A DNA stretch of 32,000 nt from Trichlorobacter lovleyi SZ (GCF_000020385.1 NC_010814.1:1500001-1532000); one strand, 5' to 3'. Counted from the first letter of the stretch, positions 9,801 to 18,894 are shown. Made by a program: numbers and translations. The notes: generated by a model not told the origin, from the letters alone.

Positions 9801-10183
9801 ATGTTGATGCCGGTGGTGTCGCCGGTCACATTGCTAAGATAGACAATCCCGGCTGGATCGCTGTCATGCTGAATGCCGGTGCCGGTGCTGTCAAGATACG
9901 CCTTGACCGGATAACCCCCGATTCCTGCACCTCTGATGGTAAAACTACCGCTATAGCTCCCTGAACTGCCGGTAAGTGTTGTGGAAACACCAACATTCCA
10001 GAGGTTGTAAATAACACTTGAACTACCGTTTGCCACCAGGTAGACCCTGCCGGTCTTGCTGCCGTTATAGGTGATTGTGCCGGATAGCGTTGCTGTCGGC
10101 GCTACCGATGCTTGGCAAATGCTACTGAACCCAAGCAGTATCATGGCCATAATGGGCAGTATGAGTTTTGTCAAGGTGCGCAT
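6896..10183 (-). CDS. Giant secreted adhesin-like protein (duplicated beta-sandwich N-domains, FN3, 2x IPT/TIG, carboxypeptidase-regulatory-like domain, B-repeat, shared terminal module)
   Basis: Likely start is ATG 10183 (MRTLTKLILPIMAMILLGFSSICQA, preceded by a G-rich aaagggggc). The track ORF extends to TTG 10261. IPT-like PLITGISPASVVPGGTLTIKGYNL and PTVSGFTPGSGAVGASITITGTSF, FN3-like VKYNIYWSS...YYYKVVAV. Ends ...IAGGYDNAFEL...PLTIQAGTLILDQIVVK. Confidence 0.85.
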   Translation of the reverse strand: MRTLTKLILPIMAMILLGFSSICQASVAPTATLSGTITYNGSKTGRVYLVANGSSSVIYNLWNVGVSTTLTGSSGSYSGSFTIRGAGIGGYPVKAYLDSTGTGIQHDSDPAGIVYLSNVTGDTTGINITLTDPTPATLAAPTNVGAARSQNNSANLVNWDPPRNSSGLEIPVKYNIYWSSAGSDASIIGSKLNVPANGNGMWIHAGATTAYYYKVVAVSSTGSTAASTWSPAGQLPQGSYSISGTVTYTGVTPTGPLGLAALDENGYPYFVGYATPAANSQSFTIPNLPAGKYGIQGFIDMNNNGIDDAGDLRIKESAGVRVTITNANVSGIAVNLPTTGAVLQARTSHTLYGETGADNSGEQFQYRLLVTPQLKTPINATLTSAPSSGSGYVVTPVDLGNSYENGRLELNIQGLKKAQAGDSYTVTVYYLEGGSDAYTVLTTAPYNSPPWPLAPIFPVPYNDLTKGTSNGSPVFSWLPPATPPGEWYSYAIWLQDINYNQLWSTDNLTSTITSYNTSDDGFTLPTATGAYGWTLTAMDANDNEIQYQAGFVTAQSAPLITGISPASVVPGGTLTIKGYNLAGPTSVTVGGTPLSVTSSTSTQITATVPGGFGGPSNPLVVTTTAGTYTWGPAGYYGAPLSLGSPTTHSGQVVDNAGTPISGVTVTMVGNPSITTTTDSSGNFTLNNLPNSTATPFSLRFMASGKQPHYTKKMGMSAGSSTTASFPYKMRTYAELNSLSGMTTPGKGAVSTRVLVQGTSTPIDGATVTAVGSSGTTYVAQYYNGTNYTGTSTSTAGGGVVLFANVNHGDKLTINASAPGYTFSSISSTGVAEASTSGGIGGVVAAPTVSGFTPGSGAVGASITITGTSFINVTNVTFGGVQAISFTVNSPTQITATVPVGALSGVIGVTTATGSASSSSSFTVVTPYTLTVTLSGYGTGTVTSNTGGINCPGTCTAQINSGTSVTLTATPHLPESSFGGWSGACSAEPCTFTMSSDKTAITTFSLKQLKNITLTTYYDTLLEALTNAANGNEVRAHDSLQAPNLSYNRANITVKIAGGYDNAFELRNSPSTTYTDITSPLTIQAGTLILDQIVVK

Positions 10184-10360
10184 GATCAGGCCCCCTTTCT
10201 TGCATGCATTTTTTTGTTGTATACAGTTAAAAAGCGTAGCTCTGCACTGCCTGCTTGTCAAGCAACCAATTGCGAATGTTTTAGGGGAGAATTAAGAGCC
10301 ATTTTGTGCTGTTAGGCTGAACCGTTGCCTGCTGGAAGGTCTGATGTCTGAAAGTGCTGC

Positions 10361-10404
10361 TTAAAAAGTAACGGCATTGACTGATTAGCCCAGTCAATGC
10401 CGTT
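10361..10404 (-). terminator. Rho-independent terminator downstream of the 10424-13420 gene
   Basis: On the - strand: aacggcattgactg / loop / cagtcaatgccgtt (14-bp stem, 10370-10404) followed by ACTTTTTAA. Begins 20 nt after the stop codon. Confidence 0.7.
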
Positions 10405-10423
10405 ACCATCATCGGAGGAAAGG

Positions 10424-10987
10424 CTATTTTATGATCAGGTTTTCCACTGTCAGGCTACCGCTTGTGCCGCCAATGGTGAGGATGCCTGCGAGTGTGCTGT
10501 AAAGACCGGCATTGCTGCTGAATGCGGCATTATAGCCACCCTTGAGGGTTATCGGCTTGGTTACGGTCAGGTTTTCTGTAAACGGTTCTGCAGCCAGGGA
10601 GGTGGCATTATGGAGTTCGCGGGCCAGGATAGTGGCGTTGTCAGCGGCATTGCCATGGGCAAGGGTTAAGGTGTCATATCCGTTGCCACCGCTGATTTTG
10701 GTCTTATAGGCACCGGCAAAGGTGCCGGTTACGGTGGTATCGGAAGCGATGGTGAAGCTGCAGCCGTCGGTGCCGGAGCAACCTCCTCCGGTCCAGCCGT
10801 TGAAGGTTGAGTTTGCATCAGCCGCTGCAGCAAGGGTCACAGTGCTGCCATCGTCAAGGGAGACTGAGCAGGTTCCGGTCTTGCTACCGCCATTGACGGC
10901 GCTACAGGAGATGCCGGAGCCGTTGATGCTGCCTCCGCCCTTGATAGCTCCGGCAGCGGTGTAGGCGTGGTTAACGGTCAGAGTGTA
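10424..10987 (-). repeat. 3' cassette copy 1 (B-repeat plus terminal module), similar at nucleotide level to copies at 13446 and 18960
   Basis: Colinear protein and DNA similarity with the other two copies. In my hand alignment of the first 168 nt against the 13446 copy there were 29 mismatches (about 83% identity). Confidence 0.85.
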
Positions 10988-13420
10988 CTGTAAAAGAGGA
11001 ATACCTGTAACGCTGATATCGTCAATGTAGATATTGTAACCGTAGGCACTGATGCTTTTTATGATCAGGAAATTGGTTGCAGAATTAAATGATTCTGGAA
11101 TGGTGAATGAATAGTTGTACCACCCGTATGAATTGACGGCAGGTGCAAGAGCTGTTGCGCGATTAACGGTTCCCAGTAGGGTTGCATTGGTCAAACTGTT
11201 ACTATTATTGACGTAGATCTCAACTCTGTCGGCATAAGAAGAACCGTTGGTGTCCCTGTACATCCAGAATGAAATGGTATTGTTGGTTGTCGTTGCCAAT
11301 GAAAACGACGGAGATATCAGCGCTGCTGCAGAGCCAGATGGAGCCCAATAGGAATTATAATAAAGTGCATTCGCGCCACTGTGAGGAGTAACGGCGTCGG
11401 TGCTTGTAGCCCAGTTGTAACTGCCTGTAACAATATTTGTTGACCAAAATGAAGGAATGCTTGGTGCCGTCACACTGTCAAAGTTTTCGCTGATGAGGGT
11501 GGTTGCCGTGGCGAAGCTTGCCGTCACAGTCGTGTCATTGGCCAGGCTGACCACGCAGGTTCCAGTGCCGGAGCAACCGCCGCCGGACCAGCCGGTGAAG
11601 ATTGAACCTGCGTCGGCAGCTGCAGTTAAGGTCACGGTCTCATTTTGCAGGAAGCTTGCCGAGCAGGTGCTGCCGCATGAGATCCCGGCCGGCGAGGAAC
11701 TGACCGTCCCGCTGCCGGTACTGCCTTTAGAAACTGTCAGGGTCTTGGTCAGTGGAGGGATAAAAGAAATGCTGCCGGTCATGGTGGCGGCCTGTGCTGA
11801 GATGCCGGTTAGACTAAAGTTGGTGGCAGTGCCGCTGTAGTAGTTTGAGTTGGGGGTGGTGACCGGTCCCCAGCTGGCATTGTTGCTGGAATAGTAGAGG
11901 GTGGTGCTGCAGCCTCGGCTTGTTGTGGTCAGCATGTTGCAGTTTGCGGTGCTAGCCTGGACCGGTACGACCCCCTGGTGCCCCCCACCGGCAACATTAT
12001 TTGTCTCGTAATCGTTAATATCATTACCTCCAACAGAGCCGGATGTAATGTCAATATGGGTAATCAGCAAGCCACCCAGCCACCCTGAACCTAGATAACT
12101 ACGAAGCCCAAGATCCCATCCAGTAGGCTGGCGGTTTTCAACCAGAAAATATTCAGTACTGCTGATAAGTGGCGACACGAATTTATAGACTGCATTCTGA
12201 GAGGAAAGCGGGTGGGCTAGTGACAAGTTGCCAGATGAGGTTGGAGTGACCGGTGTTGCCCAGCCAAGGTATTCCCGTGTCCAGGCATCTAAAGCTGTCG
12301 GTGTTACACCACTATACTCTCCGATATCTGCTCCCCAACTGCCGCCTGCCATGAGAGAAAAATGACCCATGCCTCCGTTGCTATATGAAGTGTCGTACAG
12401 GTCTGGCAGTCCACACAAGGCATGGCCAAGCTCATGTGCTATAACTCCCATCGGATGCTGAACATCTGAGTTGTTAAGTTCACCGTTAATAGCCCAGCGG
12501 GTGACGTATTTACCGCTTGCAAGTACGTCGTACCCCCCCCAAGCATGTGCCCATATCTTTGGTGTCTTGTCACTGCCTGAATCTTCGTAGCCAGCGTAGA
12601 TGAAATAAATGGAAAGCTCTGATTGTTCAAGAGTGCCATTATTGTTGGTGTCAAACGAAGCAAAATTTACATATGAGGCAGCTTGTGCCAGGGCATGATT
12701 GAGAATGGTTGTCTCGGAAGTATAATCGTAACTATTGCCAGAATTAGGATGATTGTCTGCAACGGTAACACTGACAACACCAGGCGTTGCGGATTGGGTA
12801 TGAGTTGCCGGTAGAACGTTAAGCGTACTGAATGAGTTGTCTTTGAAATATTTTGCTACTGATTTAGCACCGGCAGTTGTATCAAATATTTTTGCGCTCC
12901 AACTTGCAGGAGTTGTTGTTGTCATAGTGCGATCTGCAAAATTAACCAAAACAATCAGGAGGTTTCGATTTCCTGAAACCGGGAATGGGACCCAATTACC
13001 TGTTCCAGCTGAGATCCCCGAACTGGGTGTTGCAGATGCTTGATTCAGACGTTGTTGGTAGGTGTTTCTAATGTGCTCTGAGAGCAGCTTTTCTGCCTCA
13101 GTGTTTCTTTGCGGCTTCAGACGCTTTGGTAGATCAGCAGGAGCTTTTTGCTGAGGCATAACCTTCTGGCCTGACAAACCAAGTGAGCCGTCAGCATTTT
13201 TAGTAGCATATTCCCATTCTTTTGTTTTTTTGTTTTTCAGAACAGTATGCCCTGCTTCGGTTTCACTCCAGTTCTGAAATTCATCCCCCTGTTTACGGAT
13301 TTTGAAACTACTACCATCTGGCTGCGTCACCTCAATTAGGTCCGGCGATGCCGGACCGGCATGCAGTTGCGTGGCACAAAGACTGATGCCGATGACAAAA
13401 ATGATAATTTTATTAAGCAT
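10424..13420 (-). CDS. Secreted M6-family (immune inhibitor A-like) zinc metalloprotease with B-repeat / MAM-like / B-repeat / shared terminal module chassis
   Basis: Signal peptide MLNKIIIFVIGISLCATQLHA. N-terminal TQPDGSSFKIRKQGDEFQNWSET motif typical of M6 peptidases. HELGHALCGLPDLYD (HELGH at 12436-12422). Ends ...LKGGYNAAFSSNAGLYSTLAGILTIGGTSGSLTVENLIIK. Confidence 0.9.
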   Translation of the reverse strand: MLNKIIIFVIGISLCATQLHAGPASPDLIEVTQPDGSSFKIRKQGDEFQNWSETEAGHTVLKNKKTKEWEYATKNADGSLGLSGQKVMPQQKAPADLPKRLKPQRNTEAEKLLSEHIRNTYQQRLNQASATPSSGISAGTGNWVPFPVSGNRNLLIVLVNFADRTMTTTTPASWSAKIFDTTAGAKSVAKYFKDNSFSTLNVLPATHTQSATPGVVSVTVADNHPNSGNSYDYTSETTILNHALAQAASYVNFASFDTNNNGTLEQSELSIYFIYAGYEDSGSDKTPKIWAHAWGGYDVLASGKYVTRWAINGELNNSDVQHPMGVIAHELGHALCGLPDLYDTSYSNGGMGHFSLMAGGSWGADIGEYSGVTPTALDAWTREYLGWATPVTPTSSGNLSLAHPLSSQNAVYKFVSPLISSTEYFLVENRQPTGWDLGLRSYLGSGWLGGLLITHIDITSGSVGGNDINDYETNNVAGGGHQGVVPVQASTANCNMLTTTSRGCSTTLYYSSNNASWGPVTTPNSNYYSGTATNFSLTGISAQAATMTGSISFIPPLTKTLTVSKGSTGSGTVSSSPAGISCGSTCSASFLQNETVTLTAAADAGSIFTGWSGGGCSGTGTCVVSLANDTTVTASFATATTLISENFDSVTAPSIPSFWSTNIVTGSYNWATSTDAVTPHSGANALYYNSYWAPSGSAAALISPSFSLATTTNNTISFWMYRDTNGSSYADRVEIYVNNSNSLTNATLLGTVNRATALAPAVNSYGWYNYSFTIPESFNSATNFLIIKSISAYGYNIYIDDISVTGIPLLQYTLTVNHAYTAAGAIKGGGSINGSGISCSAVNGGSKTGTCSVSLDDGSTVTLAAAADANSTFNGWTGGGCSGTDGCSFTIASDTTVTGTFAGAYKTKISGGNGYDTLTLAHGNAADNATILARELHNATSLAAEPFTENLTVTKPITLKGGYNAAFSSNAGLYSTLAGILTIGGTSGSLTVENLIIK

Positions 13421-13445
13421 CTACGTGTTCCTTTATATAGAGATG

Positions 13446-14006
13446 TTATTTGATTGTCAGGTTTTCCACGGTCAGTGCTCCGCTGGTGCCCCCGATGGTG
13501 AGGATGCCTGCGAGCGTGCTGTAAAGACCGGCATTACTACTGAATCCGGCGTTGTAGCCACCCTTTAAGATGACAGGTTTGGTTATGGTCAGGTTCTCTA
13601 CAAACGGTTCAACGGCCAGAGTGGTTGCATTATGGAGTTCGCGGGCCAAAATGGTAGCACCGGAACCGGCGTTGGCATGGGCAAGGGTTAAGGTGTCATA
13701 ACCGTTACCACCGCTGATTTTGGCCTTATAGGCACCGGCAAAGGTGCCGGTTACCGTGGTATCGGCGGTGATGCTGAAGCTGCAGCCGCCGGTGCTGCAG
13801 CCGCCACCTGACCAGCCGCTGAAGGTTGAGTTTGCATCAGCCGCAGCTGCCAGGGTGACGGTGCTGCCGTTGTCAAGAGTGACCGAGCAGGTGCCGGTTT
13901 TGGTACCGCCATTGACGGAGCTGCAGGAGATACCTGAACCGCTGATGCTGCCGCCGCCATTGACAACGCCGGCTGGGGTGGAGGCATGGTTGACAGTGAG
14001 GGTGCG
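13446..14006 (-). repeat. 3' cassette copy 2
   Basis: Same as copy 1. Encodes RTLTVNHASTPAG...GTFAGAYKAKISGGNGYDTLTLAH...LTVENLTIK. Confidence 0.85.
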
Positions 14007-15824
14007 TTGGACAACGGGCACTCCTAATACACTGATGTCGTCGATATGGATGTCGTTACCATAGCCGCTGATCCCTCTTAAAAGCAGATAGTTGGTCGTA
14101 CTGGTGTAGGTGTCAGGTATGGTAAAGGTATAATTGTACCAGCCTGCGCTGGCAACCGTGGGTGACAGTGTTGTTAAACGATTGACTGTTCCCAGTAGTG
14201 TTGCGCCGGTAAGATTGGCGGCGGTGTTGACATACACTTCGGCCCTGTCATCTGCTGATGAGTAGCCTGTATCCCGGTACATCCAGAAAGAAACAGTATT
14301 GTTGGTTGTGCCTGATAGAGAAAAGACAGGTGATAGTAACACGGCAGAGTTGCCGGTGGGCACACTGTATGAGTTAAAGAACACCAGATTTGAACCACTG
14401 TGGGCAGCGATGCTGGAGGGATGTACGGTTCCTGCATGTGTTGCCCATGCTCCGCTGCTGGTTATGATGTTGGAGGACCATCCCGAGGGCAGAGCTGCAG
14501 GTGTCACACTGTCAAAATTTTCTGAAAGTAGTGTTGTTGCAGCAGTGAAAGTCGCTGTGACGGCCGTGTCATTGGTCAGGTTGACCACACAGGTTCCGGT
14601 GCCGGAACAGCCGCCTCCGGACCAGCCGCTAAAGATCGAGCCGGTGTCGCCGACAGCAGTCAGGGTTACGGAGGTGCCCTGGGTAAAGCTGCTGCTGCAG
14701 GTGCTGCCACAGGAGATCCCGGCTGGTGCTGAGGTGACGGTGCCGCTGCCGGTGCCGTTTTTGGTAACCGTCAGGGTGTACGTGGGGGTTGCAACGGTTG
14801 TCCAGCCAAGATCCTCCAGCAGGCCCATCGTAACAACACCGGGATCATGAATAGCCCGGCCGTAGGACACGGCATAGACCATCATGGCGTTGGAGGTGTT
14901 GACGAACGTCGTATAGTCCAGGTGGGAGTAACTACTACCGGGAGCCCAGGTGGTTGGCGCATACAGCTTGACGTCGGTGTTATTGTTGGCAATGTTGGCC
15001 TTGGTGCCGCTGAACCAGACGTTATTGCTGGTAAGCACTGTTCCGAGCGCTGTCGAAGGGTTCGGGAAGATGGTGGTGTTCAGGAGTGCCTGGCTGCTGC
15101 CATTATACGCAAAACGGTCATAGGCGAATATTTTCGAATAACTGCCCGTACCGCTTGATACCGTCATTCCGCCGGCAAACCCCAGCCCGTGTGCAACCTC
15201 ATGGGCAACAACCGTGATAAAATCGATTTTGTCAGAAGGGGTGTTGCCATCCGCACTATAATACCAGTCAAAAGTACTACTGTAGGCGATATACATATCA
15301 CTTTGACCAACATTAAGTTTTGATCCTGCCAGTGCATTTGCCAACGCAACCTTATAAAAGGTGTTGGGAAGCGGGGCATTGGTAAAGTTTTGATACTCTG
15401 ACAGTGAGCCTGCGTGCCCCAAGACACCGGTTGGAAGATTTGTTGCCCAGCAGGCGTCAATGGTAATCGGTACAGAGGAAATGACTCGTGTTGACCAGAC
15501 ACTTACTGCTGTTTCAAAGGATGTCTTTGCCTCATCGGGCCATGTTGTGCAGGTGTCACCTATATCGTAGGGGTCAGAGCCTGCAGGCAGATAGTTGATG
15601 ACAAAGGTACTGGCCATTACGGCAGCCTTACTCAGCTCTGAAACCGGCTTTGCAGGGAGAATGTGATTGTAGTTCGGAACCGGGTCAACCACCAAGGGCA
15701 CGACAAGCCTGCTGGTGCTGACAGAATTTTTGTCAAGGGCCAGCACGGGAGACAGGAGAAGCAAGCACAACAGCAATGAGCCGGTCACCGTTACCAATAA
15801 GCGAATAAATCTGTTTGACTGCAT
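13446..15824 (-). CDS. Secreted HEXXH zinc metallopeptidase (family unassigned) with the same C-terminal chassis
   Basis: AAGGAG lies 6 nt before ATG 15824 (MQSNRFIRLLVTVTGSLLLCLLLLSPVLA). The track ORF starts at 15845. VVAHEVAHGLGFAGG (HEVAH at 15203-15189). The B-repeat, MAM-like, B-repeat and terminal module closely resemble those of the 10424 gene. Confidence 0.85.
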   Translation of the reverse strand: MQSNRFIRLLVTVTGSLLLCLLLLSPVLALDKNSVSTSRLVVPLVVDPVPNYNHILPAKPVSELSKAAVMASTFVINYLPAGSDPYDIGDTCTTWPDEAKTSFETAVSVWSTRVISSVPITIDACWATNLPTGVLGHAGSLSEYQNFTNAPLPNTFYKVALANALAGSKLNVGQSDMYIAYSSTFDWYYSADGNTPSDKIDFITVVAHEVAHGLGFAGGMTVSSGTGSYSKIFAYDRFAYNGSSQALLNTTIFPNPSTALGTVLTSNNVWFSGTKANIANNNTDVKLYAPTTWAPGSSYSHLDYTTFVNTSNAMMVYAVSYGRAIHDPGVVTMGLLEDLGWTTVATPTYTLTVTKNGTGSGTVTSAPAGISCGSTCSSSFTQGTSVTLTAVGDTGSIFSGWSGGGCSGTGTCVVNLTNDTAVTATFTAATTLLSENFDSVTPAALPSGWSSNIITSSGAWATHAGTVHPSSIAAHSGSNLVFFNSYSVPTGNSAVLLSPVFSLSGTTNNTVSFWMYRDTGYSSADDRAEVYVNTAANLTGATLLGTVNRLTTLSPTVASAGWYNYTFTIPDTYTSTTNYLLLRGISGYGNDIHIDDISVLGVPVVQRTLTVNHASTPAGVVNGGGSISGSGISCSSVNGGTKTGTCSVTLDNGSTVTLAAAADANSTFSGWSGGGCSTGGCSFSITADTTVTGTFAGAYKAKISGGNGYDTLTLAHANAGSGATILARELHNATTLAVEPFVENLTITKPVILKGGYNAGFSSNAGLYSTLAGILTIGGTSGALTVENLTIK

Positions 15825-15875
15825 GCCTGTCTCCTTGCTGTTCATGTAGATACCTTGAAATATTATTTCCTCAGA

Positions 15876-18698
15876 TTATTTGATTATCAGATTTTCCACG
15901 GTCAGGCTGCCACTGCCAACCGTAAGCTGCCCCTGCAACGAGGTGTACGCGCCGACAAGCGGTGAGAAGTTCGCATCCATGCCGCCCCTCAGGGTGACGG
16001 CAATACTGCGGTTAAGGTTCAGGTTTTCGCTGAAGGTGATATCCCGTGCCTTGATAACCGGGTCGCTGGTCACGCCGGCATAGGCCAGTGTGAGGGTTTC
16101 AAAACCAAGGATGCCGACTTTGGTTTTCGGGGCGGCAGCAAAACCGGCCGTCACTGCTTTGTCGGAGGTACCCATGGGGACGCTGCAGCCTGCTGTGCCG
16201 CTGCAGGCGCCGCCCCAGCCGGTAAAGGATGAGCTGCTCGATGGTGCGGCAGCCAGCGTGACGGTTGAGTTTTGATCGAACTGGGCAGCGCAGGTGCCGG
16301 GGCAGCTGATGCCACTTGGCGAACTGGTGACACTGCCACTGCCGCTGCCGGACAGGGTGACGGTCAAGGTTGGTTGAATGGCGGTAAAGGTTGCCGTTAC
16401 CGATGCATTGGAGTTGGCCTGTACCGTGCAGCTGCCGGTACCGCTGCAGGTGCCGCTCCAGCCGGTAAACAGGGAACCGTCTGCAGGGGTGGCCTGCAGG
16501 GTGATCCAGGTTGCTGCAGGATAACTGCCACTGCAGCTGTCACCGCTGCAGGTCATGCCGGATGGGGTAGAGGCCACGCTACCGCTGCCGGTACCGGCCA
16601 GGGTGACGGAGACGGTGACGGGAAGCAGATAGTGCAGCAGAACCTGGTTTTCTCCGGCGGCAACAACCGTAACGGTTTCGGCTGAGGCTGCGTCAGCGGC
16701 ATTGGGATACCAGACCGGGGTACTACCGCCCCAGGGTGGCATATACTTCAGTTTATAGGAGGCGGGTGAGATCCCCCCCAAGGCGGTCAGATTGCTGTCA
16801 AGGGTTGGATCGCCTTGTCCGTACCTACTGAAAAGCTTGGTACCGGAGCTGTCGCAGAAATCCAGTGCAATCCAGGGCTCACCTCCAGGTGAAGCGGGAT
16901 CCAGCGATCTGGCAGCGACCTTGACCAAGCCGTAGCTGGGATCGTTGGTGATGGTCAACGGCAGTTCCTGCAGTGCCAACAAGGAGTAGGAACTGTCCTT
17001 CAGGTTGACATGCACGCCGACAACGCCTGGGTTGGGCGGCATGGGATGCTCGGCGTCAAAGGTGTCCTGCTGTACCGTCAGTGAGCCGCTGAACAGTTTT
17101 GATTCACTATCGTAATGCATGCTGCCCAGTTCGGTGATGATCATCCCTTCACTGCCAAAGCCATAGTAGCTGGCTGTGCCGAACTCCAAGGTAGCGCCGA
17201 CGTTGATGGTTTTGGTCGTGACATCCTTGTTGGTGATGCTGCTGGGGGAAAGGGCGGTATTGACGACCTTGGGGCTGGCGGGTACGGAAATGGGAACGAC
17301 CAGGGTTGCGCTGGTGCCGTCCAGTGTGTCGGCAATCAGGTTGGCACTTCCGCTGTTCAGGGCAAAGATGCTGGAGCCGTAAAAGTAGATCGGATAGACT
17401 CCCAGAATGGAAGGGTTGGATGAGCTGATGTTGATGGGGGTGGTCAGTATTTGGCCAGTGCTGTCCTGGGCTTCAATGCCGACGCTGACAGTCCCCTGTT
17501 TGGTGACGGTGGGCAGTGTGGTGTGGTAGGTCTTGGCACCGGTCCCGGGATCGGTGGTATAAAATTTGATCGAAGCAACGCCGGTAATGGTCAGGCTGAA
17601 GGGGGCGGATACCGTACCGGAGGTGGTGGTTGTGCGTACCTCGGCACTGTAGGTCTGGCCAATGGTAAGTCCGGAGGTGCTGATCCGGATTGAAAATCCA
17701 CCGCTGTTTTTAAGGGAAGCCGGGGTAAGCTGGACCGTGCCGCCAGGAAAGGGGGAGGCACTGCCGCCAGGACCGGTTACGCTGAAGGTCAAGCCGGTTG
17801 AGGTAAAACCGTTCAGAAAATCACCCCGTACCACAAACTCGGCGATCTCTCCCTTAACAGCTGTCTGTTGCGGCTTTATCACCATCAGGGCCAGGTGGGA
17901 TGAGGTCACCTGGAAAGGGAAGAGCCCATCGCTTTCAACATAGCCGCTGATTGCACGGATCAATCCGCTGCGGCCGCTGGATTGTACGGTGGCGTTGATG
18001 GAGGTGCTGTTCCAGCTGGTAACTGCCAGTCCACTGCTTGAGCCGGCCAGGGTCAGGGTACCGGAGCTGCCCAGATCCGTGCCGCTAACCGTCAGGGCTG
18101 TTCCGAACGTCCCTGTGGAGGCCGACAGGCCGGTGATAACCGGCACTGCTCCGACAACAACATCAACGGGAGCTGTTAGCGAGATATCATCAATCAGAAA
18201 GTCGCCGTTGCCTTCCTTGTGTATCGACAGGCGGACAACCTTCTGGGCACCGGCCGGTATGACGGCGTTACCTGTTACCGTGGTGTTGTCTGAAATCGTG
18301 CTGTTATCGGGATTGGCCAGTTTCAAAAGCTGGCGGTTATTGGATGCATCGATATATTCGAGATACACGGCAACGGTCTTGCCGTCAGGTGCATACGACT
18401 TGGTCAGTGCGCAGGAGAAGGAAAAGGTCTTTCCGGCCACATTGGTGACGTTCAGGTTCTGATAGAGTACCTGTCCCAGGTAGCCGTAGCCGGGGTGCAG
18501 ATCAACCTTGCCGCTGCTGAGCGGGTTCCAACCGTAGGCAATGGCCGGATCCAGATTCCAGGAGGTTAAGCCGGAACTGAAGTTGCCGTTGCGGGTGACT
18601 GTTACTGCTGAGACAGCATAGCTTGCCGAAGCACAGGTCAGAGAGATAGCTGCAAACAGGAGCAGGATACTGAAAAGTCTGGACAGGGCTCTGGACAT
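15876..18698 (-). CDS. Secreted adhesin-like protein (CBM/galactose-binding-like N-domain, IPT/TIG, Ig-like repeats, 2x B-repeat, shared terminal module)
   Basis: AAGGAGG lies 5 nt before ATG 18698 (MSRALSRLFSILLLFAAISLTCASASYA). The track ORF starts at TTG 18737. IPT-like PVITGLSASTGTFGTALTVSGTDLG. Ends ...LRGGMDANFSPLVGAYTSLQGQLTVGSGSLTVENLIIK. Confidence 0.85.
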   Translation of the reverse strand: MSRALSRLFSILLLFAAISLTCASASYAVSAVTVTRNGNFSSGLTSWNLDPAIAYGWNPLSSGKVDLHPGYGYLGQVLYQNLNVTNVAGKTFSFSCALTKSYAPDGKTVAVYLEYIDASNNRQLLKLANPDNSTISDNTTVTGNAVIPAGAQKVVRLSIHKEGNGDFLIDDISLTAPVDVVVGAVPVITGLSASTGTFGTALTVSGTDLGSSGTLTLAGSSSGLAVTSWNSTSINATVQSSGRSGLIRAISGYVESDGLFPFQVTSSHLALMVIKPQQTAVKGEIAEFVVRGDFLNGFTSTGLTFSVTGPGGSASPFPGGTVQLTPASLKNSGGFSIRISTSGLTIGQTYSAEVRTTTTSGTVSAPFSLTITGVASIKFYTTDPGTGAKTYHTTLPTVTKQGTVSVGIEAQDSTGQILTTPINISSSNPSILGVYPIYFYGSSIFALNSGSANLIADTLDGTSATLVVPISVPASPKVVNTALSPSSITNKDVTTKTINVGATLEFGTASYYGFGSEGMIITELGSMHYDSESKLFSGSLTVQQDTFDAEHPMPPNPGVVGVHVNLKDSSYSLLALQELPLTITNDPSYGLVKVAARSLDPASPGGEPWIALDFCDSSGTKLFSRYGQGDPTLDSNLTALGGISPASYKLKYMPPWGGSTPVWYPNAADAASAETVTVVAAGENQVLLHYLLPVTVSVTLAGTGSGSVASTPSGMTCSGDSCSGSYPAATWITLQATPADGSLFTGWSGTCSGTGSCTVQANSNASVTATFTAIQPTLTVTLSGSGSGSVTSSPSGISCPGTCAAQFDQNSTVTLAAAPSSSSSFTGWGGACSGTAGCSVPMGTSDKAVTAGFAAAPKTKVGILGFETLTLAYAGVTSDPVIKARDITFSENLNLNRSIAVTLRGGMDANFSPLVGAYTSLQGQLTVGSGSLTVENLIIK

Positions 18699-18834
18699 GG
18701 CAGCCTCCTTGAAGGGTAATTTAACACTTCTTAACAAAATACCACACTTCAGGCAACGGTCAAGCTATGCCGGTGGTTTCTAGACAGACATGGTGACATC
18801 TTGACCAAACGTGCCAACCTGTTTCATGGATGCA

Positions 18835-18894
18835 GAAAGCGGCCACAATTGGCTGTGCGACACTGAAACTCGCACGTCTTTTGTGGCCGCTTTC
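18835..18894 (-). other. Compound stem-loop in the 222-nt gap between two cargo genes (RNA structure, function unknown)
   Basis: Perfect 14-bp outer stem gaaagcggccacaa (18835-18848) / ttgtggccgctttc (18881-18894). It encloses a 6-bp inner stem gtgcga (18855-18860) / tcgcac (18870-18875). No U-tract on either strand. Confidence 0.45.

Noticed and set aside
12533-12540. C8 (G8 on the coding strand) homopolymer in the M6 protease gene as a phase-variation switch
   Set aside because: Comparable G/C runs of 7-8 nt occur at Gly-Gly or Pro-Pro dipeptides throughout the window, including apparatus genes (16773-16779, 21666-21672, 23668-23674, 26607-14). They therefore look composition-driven. Only population sequencing could show length variation.
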